A stretch of 64,000 nt of DNA from Octopus sinensis (Eukaryota): the NCBI RefSeq assembly GCF_006345805.1, contig NC_043010.1:19468001-19532000 (forward strand), written 5' to 3'. Position numbers and translations under genes: made by a program. This document shows positions 39,571 to 53,000 of this stretch, in pieces. Every line of letters starts with the position of its first letter. Within the stretch, counting starts at the first letter, position 1. The notes under the pieces are model-generated. The model saw nothing but the letters and a program-made list of their open reading frames with translations, was not told where the DNA came from and made no database searches.

Positions 39571-40967
39571 TCTTCATACTGCTTGGTCTACCAAACTACA
39601 AAATGTCCTTCACAAAATTCTTACCATGATCTACATACAGGACAATGGTCAGCGACAATTCCATTTCTCTTTGACTCAAATTTCTGTTGGGTTTAAACCA
39701 GAATAATGTTTTCCTGTGTTTGTATGCATAAATGTGTGTGTGTATATATATGTATGTGTGGATGAGCATGTGTGAACGTCTGTGTATATATCTAAGCCTG
39801 TCTATGTGTGGGGGCGTGTATTTATGTGTGTCTGTTCTTGTATATCTGAGTATGTGTATGTGATGATACGTGCAAGCATGTGTGTGAGTGTGAGTATGTG
39901 TTGTTGTCTGTGTGTGTGTTTATGGTTGGTGTGTGCATGCGTGAATGAGTTTATATATATCTGCAAAGTTTGATCATGTTACAAAAGTGGACAGTGTGTG
40001 TGTTTATAAACTGTCTCTGGAGTAGAGGAGAGTGGAGGGGAGCGAGGGAGTGAATTAGAACAAATAATAAAAGAGATGGAAAGGAAAAGTTAAGCAAAGG
40101 AAACAGAAAGAGAGAGAGAGAGAAAGTGACTGACTGACAGACAGACAGACAGATAAATAACCCAGACTCTGCACTAACAGCCATACACGCAGACAGACAG
40201 ACAGACAGGCAGGCAGGCAGATAAATATACTGACAGCCAGACAGACAGACAGATATAAACATAAACCAGTGTTTCTATATAAGTTGCCCACAAGGTTACA
40301 GATATTATAAATAAGACTTTTATATAAATACTAGCACAGTGATGTAGTGTTGTGCTGTAGTACAACGGTGGCGGCGGCGGCGGTGGTGGTGGTGGTGGTG
40401 GAGAGGATGATAGGACTTGTGGCGGTGGGTTTGTTATTGATGATGATGGTGATGGTGGCATATAGAGGCAAATTCACTGTATTATTTAAAGTATATTGTA
40501 CCCCCACTTTATAACTGCACAACTGCAACATCATGATGATGATGGTGATGGTGATGGTGAAGAGGAAGAGGGAGAGGAGGCTTTTCCTTTTTTGCCACCA
40601 AGCTCCCATTCACACAAAGAACAGAAAAAAATGCAGACTTGTCACAACCCAGTCCCACCTCAAATGGCTCTTACTGCCAAAAAGTTTGTCAGTTGGGGCA
40701 CCAGTCTCATTGCTGTGGCTTCTTTACTGATGGGGAGGCACAGTTCCAGAATTGCTCTGTAGTTTTCAGAAGCCATTGTGATTTGCAAGTGTCGACCATA
40801 TGTTATTTCTTGTGATCTCTCTACTTACAGGCAACCCACATTTGCACTTCAAAGTTGTTAACAAGTCAAAAATCAACATCCCTGCTAACACCTCACCCTG
40901 TTACCCTAGTAATGTGTGGGCCTATGAATTGTGGTATGATCTTATATGCAAATATCATGTGACTGAT

Positions 40968-41241
40968 CATGTGACGGACCAGCCCATCAGATGTTGCTAC
41001 ACATAGCTGGTCTCAATGCATTCGCATTGTTTTAGCCTTCGAATGACGCCACCTCGCTGGCTAAGCAAGCAGGCCAACAGAAGAAAGTACAGCAGGGATC
41101 CCCCCCCCCTCTGCCGGAGCCTCGTGGGGCTTTTAGGTGTTTTCGCTCAATAAACACTCACAATGCCCGGTCTGGGAATCGAAACCGCGATCCTACGACC
41201 GCGAGTCCGCTGCCCTAACCACTGGGACATTGCGCCTCCAC
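40968..41241 (-). mobile_element. tRNA-derived SINE family D
   Basis: Homolog of 5255-5552, CpG-rich. Confidence 0.85.
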
Positions 41242-41309
41242 ACATGCAAATATATGTTGCACTATCTCTTCTTGGTATTTTACCTTGCCCTTGGTTTTTA
41301 ATGTACTTC

Positions 41310-41730
41310 CTCTTTTACTCTTTTACTTGTTTCAGTCATTTAACTGTGGCCATGCTGGAACACTGCCTTTAGTTGATTAAATCGACCCCGGACTTATTCT
41401 TTGTAAGCCTAGTACTTATTCTATCGGTGTCTTTTGCCGAACTGCTAAGTTACAGGGACGTAAACACACCAGCATCGGTTGTCAAGTGATGTTGGGGGGA
41501 CAAACACAGACACACAAACATATACACACACATACACACACATACACATATATATACACATATACAACAGGCTTCTTTTCAGTTTCCGTCTACCAAATCC
41601 ACTCACAAGGCTTTGGTCGGCCCGAGGCTATAGTAGAAGACACTTGCCCAAGGTGCCATGCAGTGGGACTGAACCCAGAATCATGTGGTTCGTAAGCAAG
41701 CTACTTACCACACAGCCACTCCTATGCCTA
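41310..41730 (-). mobile_element. SINE family A copy
   Basis: Reverse-complement match to 10771-11181. Confidence 0.88.
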
Positions 41731-41748
41731 TAAAAACGTATTTATCAC

Positions 41749-41819
41749 CTCCCCAGCGGGGAATCGAACCCCAGTCTCCCGTGTGACAGACGGGATACTT
41801 ACCACTATACTACCAAGGA
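41749..41819 (-). tRNA. tRNA-Asp(GTC) gene or pseudogene
   Basis: tccttggtagtatagtggtaagtat-cccgt-ctGTCac-acggg-agac-tggggttcgattccccg-ctggggag; 71 nt, position 26 missing, extra G-U pairs; T5 tract about 12 nt downstream. Confidence 0.8.
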
Positions 41820-42529
41820 TATATTTCCATATAATAATCCCTGTTTGGTGAACAACACACAGGCCCTTACATCAACCAGAACTTCCATTAGTTTATCCTT
41901 TGAGGGCTCCCTGAAAACCAAACTTTCACTCTTTGTAAAACAGAAGTATGGAACTTTTCTTTTTGCTTGTTCTTGAACAATTTCTTAGGGAAAGATGACA
42001 AAGCCTTTTGTAACCCATCATTGCAAGGTTTCTTTCTCTGAATGGAACCTGATCATATCCAGACCTTTTCTTGGAAAACTAATATTTACACAACTGCTTC
42101 CAAAATCACTAACAATTATCCTCAGTAAAATTTATGTATGCGACTGTTGTTTGCCTTTCCACTGCAAATTTAACCGTTCAGCATTCAGATTACTCAGTCA
42201 AATGCTATGCTTACTTATTCACATTGTTTTAAATTAATCATAAGGGTTGAACATGCTCAGAAAAGTGGTTTATTGAGGATTTTAGGATGGTACTTGTGAG
42301 ACCCTTTCCAACAGGTTCTTGTCTACTCTTACAGAATTAACCAGAGCAAGTGAAATCGAGAGCTCTGAGAAGCAAAACGATGATGATTAAAATAATTCTT
42401 TCTACTATGGGCACAAGGCCTGACTTTCATGGAAGGTGGAGGGCCAATTTGTTACATCAACCCAAGTGCTGCTTAACTGGTCCCTTATTTCATCAACCCT
42501 GAAAGGATAAATTGATTTTAGCAGAAATC

Positions 42530-42561
<32 letters not shown>

Positions 42562-44532
42562 CATCGTCGTCGTCTATATTTACTCTACATAGACATATTA
42601 TACCTTTTTGGAATCAGGATGATCCTGAGACTGAAAATCTGCCCTTCATTTGGTTCTTGAACATCCAGCATTGAGATCTGATTTAAAAGCATTTGGGTTG
42701 CTATTTCTAGCTTGGCTGATTCAAACCATCTTGGTTGGAATTTGTCAGATGACATCAGAGATCAAGAGGGAGATGAGTGACAATTGCTTTGTTATTTTTA
42801 TGTCGAGATAAGAACTTTGGAACAAATTAGCCAACAGTTGGAATTCAACTTGGGACTGGAATAATAGAAGGATTGCATTACAGGATTAATTCTTATCTGT
42901 CCTTAACCTTCTGATCAAACACCATCAGGGCATATAGTCATTATAGATGTATGGTAGTCGTGCTATTTAGCTCCCTTTAGTTTTGGGTCACAGACCCAAT
43001 TAGCTCTCCACAGGAGCTAGCTTAAAAGCCTGCTTAGAATGTGGCTTTTAAGCTAGTTAATAATAATAATAGGCCTGAAATTCAGTGGGAGGGGACTAGT
43101 CGATTTCATTGACCCCAGTGTTTCACTGGTACTTAATTTATCGACCCCAAAAGAATGAAGGGCAAAGTTGACCTCGGCGGAATTTGAACCCAGAATGTAG
43201 CGACAGGCGAAATACCCCTAAGCATTTCATCCAGTGTGTTAACAATTCTGCTAGCTCACTGCCTTTCTACCAGTTCAATAATAACAACAATATTTTGTAA
43301 GAAGAATTTTTGTAATGCTTCTTTCTTCTATTTCCAGGTCAGCATTTGGACCATAATCGCCATAAATGGTAACAAAGACGAAATCAGTTTTGTCAGCAGC
43401 AAAAAGTGAACATTTGTAATATGAATTCATCCACAACAACATCAGCATCAAGAAAACGTACTTACAACATGATCAGCCGATTTGTTCCCATTAAATCCAT
43501 TAACAAACATTAAATTCACAGTAACCTCACAAACATTTAAATAACCGTTATCAAGGTCACCCATGTTCTTGTTGCCAACAAACATTAAAGCAATTACGAA
43601 AGCTAAAAGAATTACAGAAGAAGACTCATATTTGTTGTCATTTTAAAAGCAGGGATGGATCACCAGCAGATATATCTAATTCGGTCATATTTTGGATCTC
43701 AGTTTTCTCCGTTTCCTTCTAAAATATTTTGATGTTCGTATAATCAGAGATTAACAAGGATCAATGGAAGCTCCCGTGTTCTTTTTTTAAAACTCAATTA
43801 CATTCTGTTCTGTTTTATGGTGCAATTATTTAAAGGAAAGATGTCATTGGTGACCGACATTGTGTGTAGCTATACTTATGGGCGCCAAACATTAACACTC
43901 CCTTCACAAGGGAAAACAAAATCTATTTCTAACTCCATTTGCTAAAATAATGCAAAAAATGTTTTGATGTTTTTCATATATAAAGAACTAATATATATTT
44001 ATACTCATATATTTGTATAATATATATATACATATTATATACATATATATATATATATACACATCTTAATTTACGTACATACAGCCATATATATATTTAT
44101 GTATATGTGTATTTGTGTATTATATCATACAGATTCATGTAGTCACATGTATTTTTCCAAAACTAACTGTTTTATAAATTTGTCTCAATCTTTTCCTAAG
44201 ACTGACCAGTTTATGAGTTAAAAAACTAAAATTATAGCAAAAATAAAAAACGAAATGATTGTTTTATACATTTGATATATTTTAATTTGTATTTTTTTCA
44301 ACAGAGCTGTATATTTGCTGGTTCAAATATATTTTATATACAGTTTGATAGCTCTCTATATATATTTTGATATATTCTTTGGCATTTCTTGTACATTTTC
44401 ATTGAAATATCAAGATAAAGTATCATTGCTTCTCAAAAGTGAGTGATTGTATTAAATAATCTTTTATCCTATCTATAGACCCACTCACCCCCGGCATCTA
44501 TTTTCTTATTTGTCTATCATTTATCTGACAAA

Positions 44533-45180
44533 ATGACTAGTCCAGCCCCAGAAAACATTCCTGTTGAGCCAAAATCTCCAGCCAGGTCCAGAACTGAGAG
44601 TCTGAACACTTCTTCAAGTGTTGGCAACCTCAGATTCATCAATGATGAACTACGATCGCATGTCACCAAGTTGCGTAACCAACTAGAAGCTGAGAAGGGC
44701 AACCTGAAGCAAGCCCATCGGCAGAAAGTTCTTGACATTAAGAATGTACGGGAACTGGAACAGAAAAAAACATTGGCAACAATCATAGAACTGAAGAAGA
44801 AATTCCACGAAGAGAAAATCAAAGAGATAGAGAGTTTACGTGAGACAATTAGTCAGAAACTAGAATTAGAGAAGAACAAATGCCTGAAAGTGAAAGACAC
44901 AGAAATGACAAAACTACGACAGGAACTGGACGTGAAGGAGAAGATGCTGAACAAGCTGTTGTCTCAGACCAACCAGAAGACGAATAATGATCAAATTAAT
45001 GTAAAACTCTTGGATGAACTTAGCGAATTAAGGAGTACGAAACGACAGCTGGAAGAGTCCCTGTCGCAGGCAACTGTCATTGAGAAGCACCACAGTGAAA
45101 ATCTGAAGAAACTGTGCAGCAGTTATGAATCAGAACTGGTGAGGGTTCGAAGAGAAGCCCACATGGAGATACGCCATATG
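44533..45180 (+). CDS. JAKMIP: Probable first coding exon of a JAKMIP-like (Janus kinase and microtubule-interacting) coiled-coil protein
   Basis: 216 open codons with heptad composition; NDELRS, LEAEK, RELEQKK, ELKKKFHEEKIKEIESLRE resemble the JAKMIP N-terminus as recalled; start context aaaATGa; phase-0 donor ATG|gtaagt at 45181. Confidence 0.85.
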
Positions 45181-45346
45181 GTAAGTAAAAATTTCACATG
45201 ATTTATTTCATATCTTTCAATGTTTTTGTCTAAGTTCAAATCATTGGAGCACTACAAAATGTTTTCCATACTGATCATCTCTGGATCTCATCAGTTGACC
45301 ATATATATATATATATATATAAAGATAAATATAAATGATGATGATG

Positions 45347-45390
<44 letters not shown>

Positions 45391-45535
45391 AAAGTAATTA
45401 AGATTCAAGTCAGTTCTAATGAATTCACTTGAATGCGGTACTTAACTTAGATGCACCAGAAAACTATATGGTATTAACCATACAATAATGTGGGGTGATT
45501 ATAAATGAGAAAAAAGCAACAAGAATGGATTAGTT

Positions 45536-45626
45536 TTTTAGTACAATTGTTTCATACAAAGACAAGCTTTATTAAAAGCTGCAAATATTGCAGCAAATAC
45601 AAGTGTCCCCTACTCATCAGCTAAAA
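45536..45626 (-). ncRNA. Type I hammerhead ribozyme motif (inverted copy)
   Basis: Reverse complement of 45841-45931 with one stem II substitution. Confidence 0.7.
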
Positions 45627-45840
45627 CACATATGAGTTCTCCAAACATCCTAGTGGGTGAGGCTACACTCATGAAGTATCGGAGATAGTTCTATAAAAAG
45701 CAAATTTAGGTTGTAAGCGGACTTCCAAAGTTCTTTAATGATGATGCACAGTCTTATAACAGGTTGCTTTTTATAGAACTATCTCCGATACTTCATGAGT
45801 GTAGCCTCACCCACTAGGATGTTTGGAGAACTCATATGTG

Positions 45841-45931
45841 TTTTAGCTGATGAGTACGGGACACTTGTATTTGCTGCAATATTTGCAGCTTTTAATAAAG
45901 CTTGTCTTTGTATGAAACAATTGTACTAAAA
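45841..45931 (+). ncRNA. Type I hammerhead ribozyme motif, canonical core, branched stem II
   Basis: ttttag-CTGATGA-gtacgggaca...tgtctttgtat-GAAA-caattg-TA-ctaaaa; GUA site; palindromic ACAATTGT stem III. Confidence 0.8.
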
Positions 45932-46264
45932 AACTAATCCATTCTTGTTGCTTTTTTCTCGTTTATATTTATATATATATAGCTTTATCTGAGCTGTAAT
46001 TCTCTGGATCATGCACTTTTTGACATATTCTTACTCATTTTGTACATATTTTGTATGATGGCTGAGTTTGGTAAATGTTCAGTGAGGTGCCATTCTTTAC
46101 ATTTTCTTCAACCACACAAAATTATACAAGTTTTGTGTAATGTAGCACATGTAATTATTTATTTGTAATGTGGTTCAAAGTGGAGTGCTACTGAAACATT
46201 AAACTTACGCTGCACTGATATATTCATTTTCATCTTCATTGTTGTCTTATATATATATATATAT

Positions 46265-46298
<34 letters not shown>

Positions 46299-46317
46299 AT
46301 ATAATATATATATATAT

Positions 46318-46357
<40 letters not shown>

Positions 46358-46358
46358 A

Positions 46359-46870
46359 CAGTAAATCCTCGAGTATAGTCTGCCCTTGAGTATAATACAC
46401 AGGGGATTTTTAGGGGGCTGTACTTCTGAAAAACCTAAACCTTGTGTATAATACACACCCCTTCTCTAACTTGAGTCAAGGAGGTCTATATAACGTCCTT
46501 GGTTTGTAAAAATGTATACGGTAACGTCCTTTATTATTATTGTATATATAACATAATGTAAACGTGTAGCTTTTTTGTGCATTTTGTTTGCAGAAAATAA
46601 AGAAATAACAGTAATAACGTTTAATAAATGTTGCTCACTGCAAGTTATGGATGATTCTTTTATGACTTCATTGCTTCCATGATTAGTTTAAGGTATTTTC
46701 GTGCCCGACATCACAAAATGCATCTGAATAAACATTGCCGGACAGCAAATAGAGACTCAGACATTGCTTAGAAAATATTTTTCATTTTTAACCTCGTATA
46801 TAGTACGCACTAGGTATTTTGACCTTTAAATTTTTGGGGAAAAATGCAGATTATACTCGACGATTTACGG
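46359..46870. mobile_element. pogo/Tigger-like MITE
   Basis: TA|cagtaaatcctcgagtata ... tatactcgacgatttacgg|TA. Confidence 0.8.
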
Positions 46871-46876
46871 TATATA

Positions 46877-47818
46877 TTGGGTCATCCCATAAATATTGTG
46901 TTTTTTTTTGTACTTCTTTTATTTTTCAAAATTAAGACAAAGTTCTTTTTTAATCTAAAATATTCTCTCCTTCATTTTCTACAATGCTCTTCCATCTATC
47001 TGGTAGACTTCCAAGGCCCCTCTTCCAAAATTTACTTGTCCATGATGAAAAATACTCCTCCAGTACTGTTCTGACCTTATCTACAGAATTCATATTTTTT
47101 CCATCAAAATGATTTTGAAAACTGTGGAATAAATGAAGCCTTGTGCTTCCAGTAGGAAAGATTTTTATAGAGAACCCATTTCTTATCACCAGTAACTACA
47201 CAGTCCAAAAATGGTTCATTCAGCAAAGAAGAGTATACATTCACTCTCTGTACACAATTAGACTTGGATAGTTTATGAGGAACCCATTGACCCAATTTGC
47301 TGACGACTTTTCTGACGGCACATATGGGTCAATGAATGGTTAAATGACCAAATCCCAGCTCCTCTGCCAGTTCCTCAACAATTACAATGGGATTTTGTTC
47401 CACCAGGGTTTGTAGAACATCCTCATCGAACTCTACAGATCTTCCAGGATGAGGTTCTTCTTCTAGGCTGTAGTTTCCGGCTTGAAATTTCTGGAACTAC
47501 CATTGACACTGGCTTACACTTATTGTCCAATCCCCATATACTACATTAATATTCCTCACACTTTCCATTGCGTTGTTGCCTTTATTGAACTCTTAAAGCA
47601 AAATATGCTAAATATGCTCCTTTGTCACTTCTATTATAGCTTTGGAAAAATAACAGTTAAAATCAAACTGCACTCTTCAAAACTTGCACTAAGAATAAGT
47701 ACAAGGTAAAATTACTACCTGCTTTTATAGCAAGTTGATGCAGGTAGTTTATTCTGCTCACATCTGACTTTTAGTTCATGCAATCGAAGAAAACCACATT
47801 ATTTATGGGATGACCCAA
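46877..47818 (-). mobile_element. Mariner element, internally deleted relative of 27462-28692
   Basis: Same TIRs ttgggtcatcccataaata; WVPHKLS and VVTGDKKW motifs. Confidence 0.92.
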
Positions 47819-49333
47819 TTTATATAATCTTTGTCTTCTATCTACCTTCCTATCTCTCTTACTGTACATATGTGTGTGTGTGTGTGTGGTGTGTGTGTGT
47901 GTGTGTGTGTGTGTTTATAAACTTGTTACCAATTCAAATATGCTTCAGGCATATTTGAACCCATAGGAAAACCATTCAATGTATTTTGTGATGGAGAAAA
48001 TTTCTTGCTGTAGACAAATAGATGTTAAATACAGTGAGTCACTTCAGAATGGCCCCTGACAAGACTGTGGGATTCATACATTCCAGAGGTTATCTCCTCT
48101 TTAGCCACAGAGAGCGGAAAGACAAATGCTGCAAACTGACATGAGAGACTGACTCCTCTTCTAATATTCCTGTCATCGTTCAGTGACTGGCTGCACCATT
48201 CAGTGACACACCGCAAAAAAAGACAAAAGGTGGCAGCACTTAGCAAATGATGCATTTAGATACAAACTTGTAACAAGTTCAAATACATATTCACACACAC
48301 ACACATGCGCACACACACACACACGCTCACATACACGCACATGTTAGTGATGGAGGTCTGAAGAGTACTCTGTACTGAGGGTTAGAGTATAAATATTCCT
48401 TTATCCTGTAATAGTATGTTCTCATCTCAATATTCTGGGTTCTCTATCTGTGAAGATGGTCTACTGACATCGTTCCAGTTGTGGAAAGCTTTGACTTGAA
48501 GCCAAGATAAAGAAATGATAAACATAGATATGTTTATCTAGGTTTATTTTTATACACACACACACACATGCACATGCATACACATTCATCTATATACATA
48601 AATACATGCACATACTTATACATACACACACACACACTAATATATGTATGTATTTGCATTAGCTGTGTTTGTTTGATGGTGATGGTTTTTATGGTGTTTA
48701 GACTCTTTAACCTGGTGATTCTCAACTGTTTTAAAATCCAGGCCACATCTAAAACTTGCATTTTTTTAGGGGCCCAGACCCCAAAAAGTAAAACACAAGT
48801 CGATTAAAGAAAAATTTATTATATTTATAGAGGGAAAATTGTCAAGGGCCGCCAGAAGTATACTTGAGGGACGCAGGAGAACTGCCGGTTTAGAGTGTGA
48901 GCAATGACTGAATGTTGAACGCATTCACTTTTGAATCAGAATATCCTGGATTTTAACCCTTTTTGTTTCCCATTGGGGAAGTGTCTTCTACCATAACCTC
49001 AAATCCACGTATGACCTTTGAATGAAACTGGGTTGGCAGAAGCCGTATGGAAGCTGGTCAGATGAACCATACCTATAAATTAAACAAGCCAGTTACATCA
49101 CACGGGTTCTTTCTAAGAATTACAGTAAGGGTATATGAGTCTGTGGAATACTCAGTCACTTACTAAAATGCAATGAATCATTGCATTTTATGAAATAACT
49201 AGAATACTCAATGCTGGAAGTTCTGTGGCTCCATTTAGAGTTGTTCAAGAAGTGTGTGTGTGTGTGTGTGTGTTTGAATTGAAACAGTGTCTTATAACCC
49301 TTAATGTGAATTTAGATCCCCACTGAAGGTTTC

Positions 49334-49950
49334 ATAATTCTTTATTGCCCACAAGGGGCTAAACATAGAGGGGACAAACAAGGATAGACAAACAGATTAA
49401 GTCGATTATATCGACCCCGGTATGTAACTGGTACTTAATTTATCGACCCCGAAAGGATGAAAGGCAAAGTCGACCTCGGCGGAATTTGAACTCGGAACGT
49501 AACGGCAGACGAAATCCCGCTAAGCATTTCCTGGATCTTTTCGGTTTGAACGGCACTTTTTAACATAATTTCTAGGTAACTAAACAATTTTAAACTTCGT
49601 GTACTGGTAGAATGTGTTTATAAAACATCTTTTTCTCTTGGCTTTATTGAGAAAATTCTATAGTTTGTAAGATATTTGTTGTTTTTTTCTTCAATTTCTG
49701 CAATTTCAACCAATCACTGACGTCTATTGAGGTAAACAACATTCTGTGCCGTATGAATATGTCCCTCGTTTAAGAAACAGATTTGGTTTATTTACATTTG
49801 TGAAGAAAAAAAGTTACCCTTCCCCCCACCCCTAACCCTAAAAGAGATTGAAATGCAATAGATCGATACTAGAGTCATAATTATGGGTATTAATTTCATA
49901 TGACACCGCTAGAAAAAACTGCCGTTCAAACCGAAAAGGTCCCATTTCCC
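49334..49950 (-). mobile_element. 5'-truncated family B SINE containing a MITE
   Basis: Flanking direct repeat cccactgaaggtttca / cccactaaaggtttca. Confidence 0.75.
49533..49942. mobile_element. MITE, copy of 32523-32959 in opposite orientation
   Basis: Same TIRs; TSD catttcct / catttccc. Confidence 0.88.
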
Positions 49951-50242
49951 CACTAAAGGTTTCAGCTTCACCTTTTAGTCAAGATTTCAACTTGGTAGGT
50001 AGGGAAAAACGCTTGCCCAAGTTTCATAACTCTTCCTGCCCGAATCTTATTGTCTGTCACTAGTTATCTTTTCTTACTTCACTCACCCGCAATATTCGCT
50101 AAGAGAAATCGACGACAGATATTTACAAAGAAAGTCGTTAACTACAGTTTCCGTCTGCCAAATTTCACTCTGTATCGGCCAACCCATAGCTTAAGCACAA
50201 AATACTCAATGTACTGCAAAGGAGGGCAACAGCAGCAGCAGC

Positions 50243-50440
50243 AGCCATTCAAGAATTTGTACCTGGAGATCTCCATTTCCAGCGACTTCGAGGGCCACCT
50301 CCCAGTGGTGTCGGGCGTCAACGAAGAGCCCTCGACTACAACAAGACGACTAAAGTTTTTTTTTTCCCAAGGTCTGGGGTTTCTCGCTCCTAAGCCCTAG
50401 ACCATTACCTAATCACCCTTACCCGTCTTGTTCCTTAACA
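50243..50440 (-). mobile_element. ~190-bp dispersed repeat between (CAG)n tracts, uninterrupted
   Basis: Homolog of 25903-26335 with a single ccctagac. Confidence 0.75.
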
Positions 50441-52182
50441 ACAACAGCAGCAGCAGTAGTAGTGGTGGCGGCGGCAGCAGTAGTAGTAGTAGTAGTAGTA
50501 CGTGTTTTAAAATGTACGTTTTCAAGTTTTTGTGTTTTAACAACTGAACAGTACAAGGGAGACAATTTGCGAACAACTTTAAAAAAATTGTGTTTCTCTG
50601 GTTGGCATAAAATTATCATTTCCTCCACCATCTTGCAACCCTCGGGCAACACTAGTGATGGACAGGTTTAAGTATTAAGATAACATACATTCATGCATAA
50701 ATACGTACATATATACATACACACGTCTGCATACACTCACTAGATACATGCTAAAACCATTGAGCATGAAATCTAGATTTAGATGCATCATGTCTCACCC
50801 AGAAGACTGCATCTTTACTGTGAAGGATCAGAGGATGATAGTTCCTAAATATTTCTTCAATGAAAGAGATAAGGATAACTCTTAGCCTCAAATTTGTGAT
50901 ACAAAATAATTCTCGATTGTACCAGTCTGATTGACATTACCAACATCTTCGGCAGCTGTCCAGAAACGCCTTTGCAGTATTCCATTCTTGTGAAACTTAA
51001 TATTAATAAATACCTATTTTTTTCCATTCAATCGCCATACCAAAGTCGTGACAGAACCTAAATATAATCGCATGCTTAAAAATGAGGAATACTGGTTGGA
51101 TATTCCTTTCAAAAATCAGCAAAGCTGGTGAAAACACAATATGGCCTCACGTTCTGTTGGACGGAAAAAATTGTTTTGAGAGTCATTGTCATCCAAACAA
51201 TGTCCAATTTCCTATTAAAACATGCCTGGTCATGTGGAAATATTACCTTACTTGGAAACTGGTGAGAGTTGATGACAGTAAAGGCATCCAGCTAAGAAAC
51301 TCTTTCCAACCTTTGCAAGCATGGAATGGAATTGTGGACAGTTGATGATAATTGTTTATATGGGGGAAAGCCTCTCCTTTAGACATTATGTATTGAAAAT
51401 CAGACTATTTTCTAGTTTCATTTTATTTACGAATTTTATTTTCTCCATATTTTTGTATGGGTTCTTTAAGTGTGTTTGGAACTGTAAAGTTCTTAAATTC
51501 TTCAACAACATGCCTAAACCTTCTTAGCTTTATCTTCAAGATAAAGTGATGTTGGTGTGTATTGTTGTTGATCTTCCATCGTGGGCAGAGCTAATGCAAC
51601 TGGGTTAGACATTACTGCTGTATTCCCCCAACACACACACAGCTAAAGACCATCATACCAGGATGAAACCATTAATCAATATGAAGACAGCAAACAGGCA
51701 GAATCATTGCATGCCAGACAAAATGCTTAGAGGCATTACGTCTAACTTTACGTTCTGAGTTCAAATACCACCAAGGTCGACTTTGCCTTTCATCCTTTCA
51801 GAGTCAATAAAATAAATACCAGCTGTGTACTGGGGTCCATGTAATCCACTAAACTTGATCCCCGAAAAGCTGGCTTTGTGCCAAAACTTGAAACCAGTAT
51901 GAGATAGTGAATCTGCCCAATATCAAGCATTATAAACTTTTACTCTACAAACGACCTGTTTTGAGTTTGCACTCATCAATCCTTTTCATACCAACCTGGC
52001 TGAAACCTGCTCTGGCTCTGTAGTACAAATGTTTTCTTTTCATAAGTTTTGAATTAAAATGTTCCACCAAACCTTGGTCACAGTTTATGTTCCTAACACT
52101 AGCTGAATGATAACGAAGTTGTTTTACTAAATTCTTTGTTGTATTTAAAATTAATTGAATAAATATGGTAACAAAAGGGTTA

Positions 52183-52320
52183 ATGAAATTACTTTTGCTG
52201 TTTAAAAGACACTTTCTCAGCACTGTTGATGGCAAATACATACATACGAATGTATGTACATATGTGTTTGCCCTCAGTAGTTATGAGAAAGTATTTTTTA
52301 AACAGAAAAAGTAATTTCAT
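52183..52320. repeat. Diverged palindrome
   Basis: atgaaattacttttgctgtttaaaa ... ttttaaacagaaaaagtaatttcat. Confidence 0.8.
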
Positions 52321-52929
52321 TGGATACAGACGTACATACATACTCACACACACACATTTTTTTTCTTTCTCTGTTTTCTTCGATCTCTCTCAGTTTTTTT
52401 CCTCTCAACCCTTTCTGTTTATGAGCTTTTGCTCAAAACATCAAAGACTTTCCCGTTCTTCCTGAGCATTAAACTAACACACCTGCTTGTTGTTCTTCCA
52501 CCTGTCTTCGTCTTTTGTTTTCTGTAAACTTGAACTATATATAACTGTGAGTGTGTGTGTATGTGTGTATACATATTCTGTAAATAATAATATTTTATAA
52601 GCTTAAAGCTTATAGTGATCACCATGCAATGACTAAAGAAAATAGTCTAATAATGGGACATATAAGCCCTCAACAGAAAAAAGCAGGTTTTCCCATATGT
52701 GTGGGACTTGAACTCATACCTCTACTATTTAGGCAACCAAGTGTGCTACACTAGCAAACCGACCTACTTATATATATGTATATATATATATATATATAAA
52801 TATAATGGGGGTGATAAATTGAATATTAATTTAATTAACATCAATTTAAAACCAGTAGCCTAGCATATAGAAAAATCTGAAAATTCAGAAAAATTGTAAA
52901 ACACATACGCATGTATGTGTGTGTATATA

Positions 52930-52981
<52 letters not shown>

Positions 52982-53000
52982 TGTATAATTTAATAAATAT

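Larger units (their letters stand above)
45500..45967. mobile_element. Fold-back element, 204-bp arms, 60-bp spacer, intronic
   Basis: 45500-45703 is the near-perfect reverse complement of 45764-45967; whole insert (from about 45388) is bounded by TA-rich tracts. Confidence 0.92.

Noticed and set aside
45181-45201. C-terminal VSKNFT of the 222-aa ORF
   Set aside because: Read-through past a consensus GTAAGT donor; intronic
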